The notes under the pieces are model-generated. The model was not told the DNA's origin, did no database searches, and saw only the letters and a list, made by a program, of their open reading frames with translations. From NCBI RefSeq assembly GCF_006345805.1, contig NW_021835454.1:1-40154 (forward strand): DNA of 40,154 bases, read 5' to 3'. Source of the DNA: Octopus sinensis (Eukaryota). The translations under genes and the position numbers were made by a program. Positions 12,801-26,217 of this stretch are shown in pieces (the stretch's first letter is position 1; every line of letters begins with the position of its first letter).

Positions 12801-14896
12801 GACTCATATTGTCGTTCAGTGCTCGAAATGAGGAGTAGATAGACAAACGACAACTGATGAAAGTGTTGTTCTTATGTTACTTGTTCTGTACCCATATATG
12901 CTATAATATATATATATATATATATATAATAAATCTGAAATGCGACAAGTTTGTCTGGTTTTGGCATTGGAACGGGTTAAGTGGCACTAAATGCGCTCGG
13001 ATTCGAACCAAGGTTTACAGGGACATGTATGTAACAAGAGGCGAGGATGTGAGTGGGCTAGGTTAGAAATCCCTATATCAAAAGCTGTGGTTACTAGGGC
13101 AAAACCCCCCACACCTTGACAAGTCTTTGTCGTTTCTCTCTTTCTCATATATGCCTGTTTTCCTCCGTCTCTCTCTCTCTTTCCTCCCTTACCTCCACAT
13201 TCTCTCTATAAAGACTTTTGACAGCCTCCACTATCTTTCCACCGCCGCCTTCGCCAGCTCTGTCACTCTTGTCCCACATCCCCTCTCTCTCTCTCTCTGT
13301 ACGTCTGTCTGCACTATCTCTCTATAACTTTCTCTCTATAACGACGTTTAGCAGCTTCGCCGTCTCTCTGTCACTCTTTCTCCCACCACCCCTCTCACTG
13401 TATTTTTGTCTCTGTCTATAGAGAGACAGAGTGACAGTAGCAACAGTTTAAATAATCCCGTCTTTTAGAACAGTGAACTATTATCGCCCACCACCATCGC
13501 ACAATCATAACATATATTATTAATCAGATATATTGTGTTAATGTATATATATATATGTGTGTATATAAATATATACATAATGTATATATATATATATATT
13601 ATATGTGTGTGTGTGTGTGTGTATATATGAAGTGTATATATTTGTATATATGTGTGTAGATATATATATATATATGTGTAGACATGTATATATAATGCGT
13701 ATATATGTACATATTTAATGCGTATATATATATATATATATATTAACAATTGAGGATAAAATCTTTAAAAGAAATTATCAGTAGTCAGCGTGAAAAACCT
13801 CGTAAGAGAAAAAATCCGTAAATTCTTCCTCTTTGAAAATATTCATTTATATTATATTGAGGGTACTACTATTCGTAGATACCAACACGCTAAGAGGGAC
13901 CAATGCGGTCAAAACTACTAAAATTAAACAAAATTTTATCGAATGCAAAACTTCAAAACACGTCATTTTAAAAAAAGAATTCAGTTACATATCACATGTG
14001 ATTTCGCATTTAATGCAGAATATGCATTTCATGTTCATCAGTGCAACAAATATAAGAGAAATATAAGAAATATAAGAGAAAACATAACATTACAAGCTCG
14101 ATAGCCAACCGTAGAATTCGTCGTAGCATGTACGAATGTTTATCTTTACATATCTATGAAAATGGCGGGCTTATTCGCAATGCATTTCGGTAATAAATTG
14201 TCTAGTCGGAATAAAAATTCAGTATTGAACTATTCCGGTGAAAAATATAAATTAACAATTGAGGATAAAATCTTTAAAAGAAATTATCAGTAGTCAGCGT
14301 GAAAAACCTCGTAAGAGAAAAAATCCGTAAATTCTTCCTCTTTGAAAATATTCATTTATATTATATTGAGGGTACTACTATTCGTAGATACCAACACGCT
14401 AAGAGGGACCAATGCGGTCAAAACTACTAAAAATAAACAAAATATTACCGAATGCAAAACTTCAAAACACATCATTTTAAAAAAATGAGATTTTATCCTC
14501 AATTGTTAATTTATATTTTTCACCGGAATAGTTCAATACTGAATTTTTATTCCGACTAGACAATTTATTACCGAAATGCATTGCGAATAAGCCCGCCATT
14601 TTCATAGATATGTAAAGATAAACATTCGTACATGCTACGACGAATTCTACGGTTGGCTATCGAGCTTGTAATGTTATGTTTTCTCTTATATTTCTTGAGT
14701 TTGTTGCACTGATGAACATGAAATGCATATTCTGCATTAAATGCGAAATCACATGTGATATGTAACTGAATTCTTTTTTAAAATGACGTGTTTTGAAGTT
14801 TTGCATTCGGTAAAATTTTGTTTATTTTTAGTAGTTTTGACCGCATTGGTCCCTCTTAGCGTGTTGGTATCTACGAATAGTAGTACCCTCAATATA

Positions 14897-14955
<59 letters not shown>

Positions 14956-15986
14956 TATGATGTGTGCATATGTGATCGGATTCAGCTGAAAATATGCACA
15001 CCTATGTTAAAAGTGCTAGCGACTTTGCTCAATTGAAAGGCATCGCCTCTAGTGCAAAATTCCTCATCTTTTAAAATGTGGGCCGCGTAAACCCGAATGA
15101 AATCGGGTTATAATGCCGAAACAAGTAAAACGATAATAAACTATTTTAATCCCGAGCAAGGCCCGGTATATCTGTCTAATCTATAAAATGAAGAAGGCGG
15201 ACGTTGATACAATTGGGCTGGAAGGGGATTAAAATTTACAGAAGGGATAACTTGAGGTGAGAAATTGATTGGGAGACGTTTTGGGGCGCTACAGTGGTTG
15301 CTTTGGTGTGAAAACTGGGATTTTATTGATTTTGGGGGACACTTGGGAGTCTAGATCGGACACCTTTTGCCCAATTTCAATCAAATTTTCAACATGGTAA
15401 AGTGGAAGCAGATTTGTGATTTAAACGCGGAAATCTCATTTTTTATAAATGGCAGAGAGATAGATAGAGAAAGATAAAGAGTAAGAGAAAGCGAGGGATA
15501 GTCCGAGAGAAAGGAAGAGTAAGAGAGTGGGAAAATGAGAAAGGAGAGAGAAACAAAGAGGGAGAATGTGGCGATAAGAAACAGAAAGTAACAACCACAA
15601 CCTCACCCGCGCGTAGAGCGGGTCACCTTAAGCTAGTATATATATATTATTTGATTGAATGTCACGCATTCATTTGCAAGTAAGACAGTTTCTCGCGTTG
15701 GGAATACCGGCAGATTCTGGGATTCCGTGTGCAATGCGTGTTTTAACACTCAGTTTACTATTTGGTGATGCTGATGTTATTGTGGGATGCGTGCTTTGGC
15801 CTTGGGTTGTTGTGTTTGTTTGGATTGTGTGTCTAGTGCCAGGTAGGTGTGTAAAGATGATGCCAGTACGTGTGCAGAGCCTGTAGCGTAGGGTCATAGA
15901 TATTTTAGGTTTTTTGTTTCTTTTTAGATTTGTTAGTGTTTTTTAGGTTTTCTATACTACAGTAGGACTGAGGTGGCGATGTGGGT

Positions 15987-16018
<32 letters not shown>

Positions 16019-16094
16019 ATTATACATATATATATATAATTATATATATGAATATACAAATATATAATTATACATACATACGAACATACATACA

Positions 16095-16179
<85 letters not shown>

Positions 16180-16182
16180 TTA

Positions 16183-16241
<59 letters not shown>

Positions 16242-16274
16242 GATATATATATATATAATTATATATATATAGAT

Positions 16275-16320
<46 letters not shown>

Positions 16321-16331
16321 ATATACATATA

Positions 16332-16395
<64 letters not shown>

Positions 16396-18484
16396 CCTGC
16401 GAACTAGAAGATAGACAGACAGATCTGACGCAGACTTCGAGTGAAGTGAGCATGTCTTTGATAAGGTCGTGAATAGCGACGAAGAGTTTCTGAAAGTCTT
16501 AGCTGCTTAATTGATTAACCAAATCAATCGATTAGTTAATTGGTTAAATGGTTAACCATTTGTCAATAAGAAAATAAATAAATGTATTTATTATTGGCAC
16601 AATGCCCCTCCCGAAATGCAAGATATTCTAAATTTGTTTTTCTTTGTTCTTTGCAGGTTCCACCATAGTATTAATTGTTGCTGGATTAGACATTGTGTTC
16701 GGAACAACTTTTACGATGCCTTCAATCTTAGTCAGTGTTGTACTTTTAGCGTATATGTCCGTCTGTATGTTTACTGACACAAAATTCCAACTCAAAGTCA
16801 CCACTTTATTAATATTCATATTAGGTACTGCTGTTACATGTGTCTTCATAGGTGGTGTTGCCTATGTTATCATAGACTTTGCGAGAGGTAAGTTATAACT
16901 TATGTGCGTCCCTTTCTCGGCCTGTCTGTTCCTCTCTCTCTCTCTCCCTCCCCCCTCTCTTGTACATGTGAGTGTAGACTTAGGGCTAAGTTGCCGTAGA
17001 GTCTGTTTGCTGCTCTGGTGATTCCCTATTGCTTACTTTGCTGTTACATATTGAGGAAGCACGAACCACACAACTCCAAATTCAGCCCGATTCCAGATTA
17101 ACTGTTTTAATTCAAAGCAAAACAAAAAATTACTTTTTTTTATCAGCACAAAGACGCTATAATGGATGGGTGTCGCATTTTACTTAATTACTTGCCTCAG
17201 TTAATCAGCAACTTTTGTATTTTTCAATGACTCTTGAGATAAGTATGAACTGGATAAATTTTTGCTCCATGCACAGGACCAGTTATTTTCTGCAAGTTGG
17301 AATCAATGTAGAACGGCTAGGTGGTATTATTTGGTGGATGTTATATAAGCATTCACCACCTCCGCCTGACCATGCAGAAATAGTTTTCTCTGTGACCAAT
17401 TCTGGGTGGGATTGGTCAATCTGCTCGTCACCTCGTCTCAGTTCTTCTCCGCCTTGAGATCCAGACCAAACCAAACCGCAAGCAAGTTAAGCAGCCCCTC
17501 CGACCAGCATGCTACGACGTTATTATTGAAAATGAAACTGGGATATCAGTTAAAGCGAAATCTCAAAGAACCAACCACCACCTTTTCATGGATGATTTGA
17601 AGCTTTAGAGCAAGGATGAGGCACAAGCGAATTCATTGGTGAACACGGTCCACGGTTTTAGTGTTGATATTAAGATGGAGTTCGAACTCAAGAAGTGTGG
17701 TATAATTAACCTGAAATGAGACAGGTACAGTCCCTGGCAGGGATAGAATTACCAAATAGAGGATTGATTAATCAAGTTGAAAAGGAAGATTATAAATACT
17801 TTGGTATTCTAGGAGACAGAACAACTGAGAAAAGAATATTTCCGAAAACTAAGATTTGTTTGGCGTTCAAAATTGACTGGTTGGGATAAAATTCAAGCAG
17901 TAAATACATGGGCGATAGTATTCCTTCTGTATGGAGCTGGGATCATAAACTGGCAAAAGAAAGAACTGATGAATAAGGATACGAAGACAAGGAAAATATT
18001 GACAATGCACGGAGCATTCCACCCGAGGAGTGTTACTTATAGGTTATACATGTCCAGAAGAAAGGGTGGTAGAGGTTTGATCAGTGGCCAGGATTGTATA
18101 GAAGCAGAGGAAAGCAGTGGTATATAAAAAAAATGCCATGAAACCATGACTGAAGCATGGGTATAAGTCCGGTACCATCAAAATTGATAATTGTATAAAG
18201 AAAAACTTAAAGAGAACTAAAAAAAGAGCTGTGGAGTGGAAGGAAAATATGTACGGTCAGTTTACAAGAAATATGAAAGCCAAAAATGGATTGGTACAAA
18301 TGTAAAGATAGAATACCTACAAAAATCATCATAGCTTGGAGCTGCAACAGTTTTTCGCAGGATTCTTGAAGCATGATCAGTAAATAAGTGTCACCTTAGT
18401 CTGCTGGCTGTGGACAGCTGACACCTGCCACCACACCCAGTAAAATGAGCTGACAGTTTTAATCAAATAATAATAATAATAATG

Positions 18485-18521
<37 letters not shown>

Positions 18522-18525
18522 TAAC

Positions 18526-18602
<77 letters not shown>

Positions 18603-18896
18603 CAATAATAATAAGAGGTAACCAGAATGTGGAATCTAAAAACAGAAACAATTCCTATCATAATAGGTGCATTAGGCATGATAAAAAATATTCAGACAAA
18701 TACATAACAAAAACACCAGGACTTACAAACACATATAACATACAGAAAATTGCACTACTAGGCACTGCACACATCCTACGCAGAACACTTTCCATACAAT
18801 AACCATCAGAGCATCACAACAAAACACAGCACATACCCAAGGCACGCAGAGCTGCGCTCGGTAGTGAAGTGAAAGCAAGCTATAAAAAATATACTA

Positions 18897-18958
<62 letters not shown>

Positions 18959-19689
18959 CAAGACCAAAGCCTCCCCACCAGAAATTACCAAAAACATGTA
19001 ATGAAAAGAAATATAACAAGTAACTGCAGAATATGTGGAGATAGACAAGAAACAATAAATCATATTATCTCTAGCTGCCCAGTCCTGGCTAAGAAGGAAT
19101 ATATTCACAGACATGACAGAGTTGGAACCTACATACATTGGAAGCTATGCCAACATTATGGAATAACAACAGAAAAAAGATGGTATAGGCATACACCAGA
19201 AAAGGTCTCAGAAAACGAGAAAGCAACCATACTCTGGGATATGCCGATACACACAGATAGAGAAATTAAGGCCAACAGACCAGATATAGTTGTCAGTGAT
19301 CATGAAGGAAAAAAATGCTTTCTAACTGATGTATCAATACCGGCAGATGACAACGTGTCTCTAAAAGAAATGGAGAAACTCTCAAAATACAAAGACCTGG
19401 AAATAGAGGTAACCAGAATGTGGAATCTAAAAACAGAAACAATTCCTATCATAGTAGGTGCATTAGGCATGATAAAAAAATATTCAGACAAATACAAAAC
19501 AAAAACACTAGGACTTACAAACACATATAACATACAGAAAATTGCACTACTTGGCACTGCACACATCCTACGCAGAACACTTTCCATACAATAACCATCA
19601 GAGCATCTCAACAAATCACAGCACATACCCAAGGCACACAGAGCTGCGCTCGGTAGTGAAGTGAAAGCACGCTATAAAAATAAAACTAG

Positions 19690-19742
<53 letters not shown>

Positions 19743-22032
19743 TTTTTGAAAAACAAGAACGCTTCTTCCAACAAAATAGAGAATTCAAAATAAACACAAA
19801 AGGTAATACAGTTCTATATTTAAGAGATGAGGAAATATGCACATTATTTACATTTGACGGATCCAATCATACTGGAAAGCTATATGGGGCAAACCAAAAC
19901 AACACAACAAAATTTCTCAGTGGATTAATTGAGAAAAGCAAAGGAAGAACATAAGAGAACCACAGATATGGGCCACCATCACAGGCTAAGAGATCACGGA
20001 CACAATGAGAAATACCTGCAACTGGAAAACTCCAGGGATAGATAAGGTCCCCAACTTCTGGTTGAAACACCTCATCATAACCACTTAGGGGCAGCATTCA
20101 ATTTATTGATAAGTGAGACAGAATCAACATCCTAATTCTCAAAAACAAAGACACCATACATCAGAAAATTATAGATCAATAACATGCCTATCAACATCCT
20201 ACCGAACCCTAACATCAATCGTCTATAACCGTCTTATAAAGCACCTAGAAAACAATAATGTCTTACCAGAAGAACAAAAAGGGTGCCGGAGAGGGGTGTA
20301 TGGCTCTAAGGAGAAACTTCTGGTAAACCAAGCCATTATAAAAGACTGTAAGAGGAAAAAGACAAACCTGAACATGACATGGATGGATTACCAGGAAGTA
20401 TTCGACAGTGTTCCACACTCATGGATACAGAAATATCTCTACACAAATAAGGTAGCCCCCACCACTATTAAAATATATTAAACATGCAATAGCAAATTGG
20501 GAAACCAGTATAACATTGAAAAAATGACTCACAAGTTATTAAAATCTACCCTATACCCATAAGAAGAGGGATTTTCCTGGGACACTCCCTGTCACCCCTG
20601 CTTTTCTGCCTTTCTCTATACACACTGCAGTTTCGAGGTAATTGCCTCTTGTTAACATACGGCAATATATATATATATATTATATATATTTTTACCTGTA
20701 TATTTTTTGACTGCTATTTCTAAATTCGGTGTGTGGTGAGGGAAATCGTTGCTAAACCCTTAATTAATTAGTTTTACTTAAATCTTCCTTGAAGTAACTC
20801 TACTTGTTGAAATTAATGATTATTTCTAAATTAATTAATTTCACCCTTTATTATTGATATATTAGCAGAGTTACCCGGCGTTGCCCGAGTTACATACAAT
20901 TGAAGAATTAGACTTTTCTGTTATATTTTCTGTAATGAACCTATGTTTCGAATTTCATCAAAATTGTATATGAGGGTTATTTCCCCCTTTACACACCCTA
21001 AAAAATTGTAATCGTGCCACATGTATCCCATACTACTGATTTTTATGTGCATATTCCAAAATTCCAGTCTTATAGAACCTTTTAAAAGGATTTTGCTCCT
21101 GAAAAATGGAGGTCATGGAGCTCTAAAATGTGAGAGTTAACGCCCCTATTGGGGGTGGGCATCTTAATGTTAACCAGAGAAGTTGAATTGTTGAGAACCT
21201 TTTTAACTTGGGTCTTATATCTATTGTTTCAATTTCTTTGAAATAGGAAATATATGTTCACTGGGTTTGTAAAAGAGAGCAAAGCTACAGGAAACCAAAA
21301 GACGAATGATCACAATAATCAGTCAGCTACAGTACCCTAGTCGTTACCACTCCCAATGTAGTATTCCTCACCATGCAGGTGACAGGTACAGCCGTAAGAT
21401 GCATTACGAATCTATAGCAATTGGAAGGGCGTGACCCAACTGAAATAAACATTAACAAATGTGTCACGTGAGGGCTAAGGAGAAATGAAAGTTGGAGTGT
21501 GAAAATGACCACTATACTGATACGTAACTGGACAGAATAAATATACAATAAATGTCTTTGAATAACCAGACACTTATCTGGGAAGGCCTTGAAATCAATG
21601 TTACCATATGGGGACTATGTGTGAACCAGTGATAATAAAAAGACTGAAAGGAGATCTGCAATCAAATAGCTTTACTCAACACTTTGCAACTGAATCAGTG
21701 GAGTCAAAGATGTCTCTCATTTACTTGACAATTTATGCAGCACATTGCAGAAATCACAATCTAAGTGTATGTCAAAGCAAACTCTTACACTGTTGTACCA
21801 TTGAATTACAAATAATGCTCATCTTCTATGCTCGGATGACCCCACAGCTTCCAAGAGTACAACTATTCGTCTTTGCTTAGATAAAATGACAAAATTGTTG
21901 GTGTTAAGTCCCCATGAAGGGGTCTTTCTAACTTGTAAGAAGATGAAATGTGTGTGTGTATGTGTGTATGGGTGTATATATGTATGCATGTAAATATGTG
22001 AATATATATGTGTACATATTACATGTAGATCT

Positions 22033-22077
<45 letters not shown>

Positions 22078-22756
22078 CATGTATACATATACATCCATAT
22101 GTATAGAAATAAATGTATACATATACAGCTATACACACATACACACACACAGACAAATAAGGCGCAGGTGTGGCTGTGTGGTAACAAACTTCGTTCCAAA
22201 ACACATGGTCCTGGGTTTAAATTTAAATTTAAAATAATAAGGGTGAGAAATTGAATATTAATTTGATTAATATGAATTGAAAACCAGTGGTGTAGCATAT
22301 AAGGTCATAGCGGATCTTCTTCTAGCAAAATGGATGTCCACTGTTAATGGTTCATCCCTCTTATATAATAGTTTGACTTTAATAGTTTCAGTATTAAAGT
22401 GAAAGTATCTAACATTACAATAGAGAGATGTTTTTGTTTTACTTTTAATACTGAAATAGTGGAGAAGATATTGCTGTGGGCTCACCCTAGGCAAGAAGTT
22501 AGAAATTAGTAAGGCATGTGTAAAATTTGAATGAAATTGGTTGTGTAGTTCTCAAGTTTTAGGGATTCATAGTGGAGAAGATATGATATTGCTGTGGGCT
22601 CGCCCTAGGCAAAAAGTAAAAAATGTGTTTTTGCCCATGACATTTCCTGGACCCTAAGTAAGGCATGTGTAAAATTTGAATGAAATTGGTTGTGTAGTTC
22701 TCAAGTATTAGGGATTCACACAGACAGACAGAAAGACAGATAGACACACATCTCAG

Positions 22757-22790
<34 letters not shown>

Positions 22791-24301
22791 CCATTCCGAA
22801 ATATAACAATATCTGTTTCAACACACGACTTCACATAAAAAATCTTGCACAACAAATATTTAAACGTACTATATATATATTATTTTATATTTATCAAGTG
22901 CATATCTTTTACTTTTCTTTATATTTATACATATTGTTTATATTTACTTCTTAATTCTTATTCACACATCGTACCTTTTTTTATTTTTAATATGTATATA
23001 TATATGTATATTTTTACTTTTATATACATATTTATATTTATTGCATATCTTTTACTTTTTTATATTTATATATAATTCTTATTTACATTTGCAAATCACA
23101 TATCGTACTTTTTTATGTATGAATGAACTACTCCGCGTCGGTTACCGTAGTGATATTTGATCACTTTATAGAGTGTCTGAGTGCCAGTTTGGTGTCTGGA
23201 ATGGGATAGCTTACTTCATGGGCAGGTAGAAGCCCTTTACCCTTGGTTGGTAATCTACCTAGGAGAAGGAAATCTCCGAAATAAAACCTGAGGCCTCCAG
23301 TATTGTGAAATCATCTTCTTGTAAGCCTGCCAAGATGGCCGCTGCTAACCAGGTTATGGATATTTCTGGCGGCACATTCAGAATATTAATCTTGGCAAGA
23401 CGTTGGCTGCGACAGCTGGGGATTAGGAAAAGTTGTCATTCCTCAAAGTGGTTGTGGAACTACATCTAGCTTCTTCTTCCGTCCCAAATCTCACCTCAGT
23501 AGTTCCAAACTTTTTCCTCGGTTGATGTGGGTCTTTTATTACCAAATGCACCCAAGGCATTTTTGTACTTCGCTTGTCGGGAACATTTTCCACCTGCCGA
23601 GACTTGACTCCAATGCAACGGTATGTGACCGTGCATCTTGCGATATTTTGAGCTACCCTTCGCCTATCTCACAATTTTTCTTGCCAATTTCAATTCTTCT
23701 TCATCTATGTGGAAAATTTCCATATTTCTCGCCGCTCACGCAAATGACGCAGAGGCGATATTTGCGATTTTATGTTTAAGTATATGAATAATAAAGAACA
23801 AGACAACTAAATATTGATTTCTGTCTTTTGCAGAAACAGAATCGAAATACCAGCAATTAAGTGCACATTATGTGTTAATCATCCTCTTGTCCAGTGTTTT
23901 CTATGCCGCCATTTTACATCCACGCGACTGTTGGATGATATTTCTTGGTGTTTTCTACATGTTTATGATTCCAACCATGCAAATTTTGCTTCCGGCTTAC
24001 TCCCTCAGCAACATTGTTGATCAAAGCTGGGGGACGAGGGATGGCGTGAGTATATTTATTTCAAATCGTTTTAAACGTATTCGTAATGTTTTGAAAATTT
24101 CATCGTGAGAATTTCATCTTTTACTTGTTTCAATCGTTGATCTACGGCCATACTGGGGCACCATAATGAAAGAGTTTTACGAGAACAGTTCCACGCTATT
24201 ACTCAAGTTTGGTATTCAATCTATCTTAGCCGAACTGCTTTGTGGCGGGGACATAAAGAAACCAACATCAGCCGACAAGAGGTCGTAGGTACAAGTGAAA
24301 A

Positions 24302-24335
<34 letters not shown>

Positions 24336-24640
24336 GCGTGGCTTAGTAGTTAGTGAATCCTTGAGCAAGACACTTTATTTTACGTTGATCCAGTCCATCC
24401 AACTGGCACAAATGAGTGGTACATGTTATTCAAAAATTTCAGCCTTGTCACATTCTGTAACATGCTAAATCTTCCTGAGAACTACATTAAGGGTGTACAT
24501 TAAGGGAACTCCATGACTGTGGAGCACTCAAGCACTTCCATGTTAATTTCACAAGCAGGCTGTTCCGTCGATCGTGGTAACAAACGATGTGCCAGTGTAT
24601 TTTTCTCTCACTCGCTCTCTCCATTATATATATATATATA

Positions 24641-24706
<66 letters not shown>

Positions 24707-24720
24707 GTATATATATATAC

Positions 24721-24804
<84 letters not shown>

Positions 24805-24837
24805 CACTGGCACATGGGTGGTGGTCGGAATCCTTCC

Positions 24838-24882
<45 letters not shown>

Positions 24883-25469
24883 TGTGGAAGGATTCCGACC
24901 ACCACCCAAGTGATTAAGGTGAACTGAGTCATTGTTATAAAACAAAGAACTGAGCGACTGGAGTTCGGGATTGGTAAGCAGTTCAATGTGAGCCGTCGAT
25001 TGAGAGCGTTGGGTCTCGTGTATTAGAAATAGCAGCGTGTCGTGTAAATATTTCTTTCGCCAGCTTCGTTAAAATATATATCCAACACTCAAGGATATAG
25101 CACTCACACATATGCGCGCGCGCACACACACACACACTTTATTCTTAAACAAGAATTTTTTTGACAAAGTTTCCACCACCTATGTCACTGTCGGACTATG
25201 ATGCATTTTAATTCTATTTTATTAAACTTTTGTTCCCATTTTCATACATGAATATATACACATTTTCTATATGATCCCCTGTTCAGCATGTCTCTGGAAC
25301 AGAATTTAAAGAAGTTTTATAAACAAACAACTGGCGTTGAAGTGTGGTAAGAAGCTTCCGTGTTTAGTCTCACTATGTGGTACCATGGGCAAGTGTCTTC
25401 TACTATAGTCTCAGGCCGATCAAATCCTTGTAGGTAAATTTGGTATACGAAAACTGAGAGAAGCCTGTC

Positions 25470-25506
<37 letters not shown>

Positions 25507-26133
25507 CCAAACATGAAAACACAAAGAGAAAACGCGACAACGCGAGGACGTGGAACAAATATAGTATTATTGGACGCTCAAGAAGGAAGGGAAGAAGGAG
25601 GGTTTAACGTTTCGAGCGGAGCTCTTCGTCGGAAACATAGGAGAAGGAAAGATCCAGAGAAGGGAAGACAGAGGAAAAAAAATCGCCAACGGTACACACG
25701 CGGTCATATTTATATATATATATATACACGTCACTATTAGTGACGACTGAATTTTTCTTTTTTGGTTTAGTATTACGTATAGCTGCCTACATTATTTTCT
25801 AATTTTCACATTAGCATTTCGCTAAGTAACCCATGAACTTATATAATAAATATTTATACTGATAGTCTGGATTTAGCCAAACCATTCAGCGAAGGAGTAG
25901 ACACTGCTAACGAGTCTTCAATTTTACAAATGAAACTAGCCTAGTCCAAAGATCTATCTTCGCTTATGGGGCGGTTATCTCCCCTCTCAGTGTATGAAAA
26001 TGTGCTTCTCTGTAGTTCTAAGAGTTTTAACTTTTATTTCTAGCAATATAGGCGCTACCCAGCACCCTCAGCTGCAATTAATGACGGTTGAATATTTCCT
26101 TTTTGGTTTTATACAGATTATGGCTACCTACGT

Positions 26134-26217
<84 letters not shown>

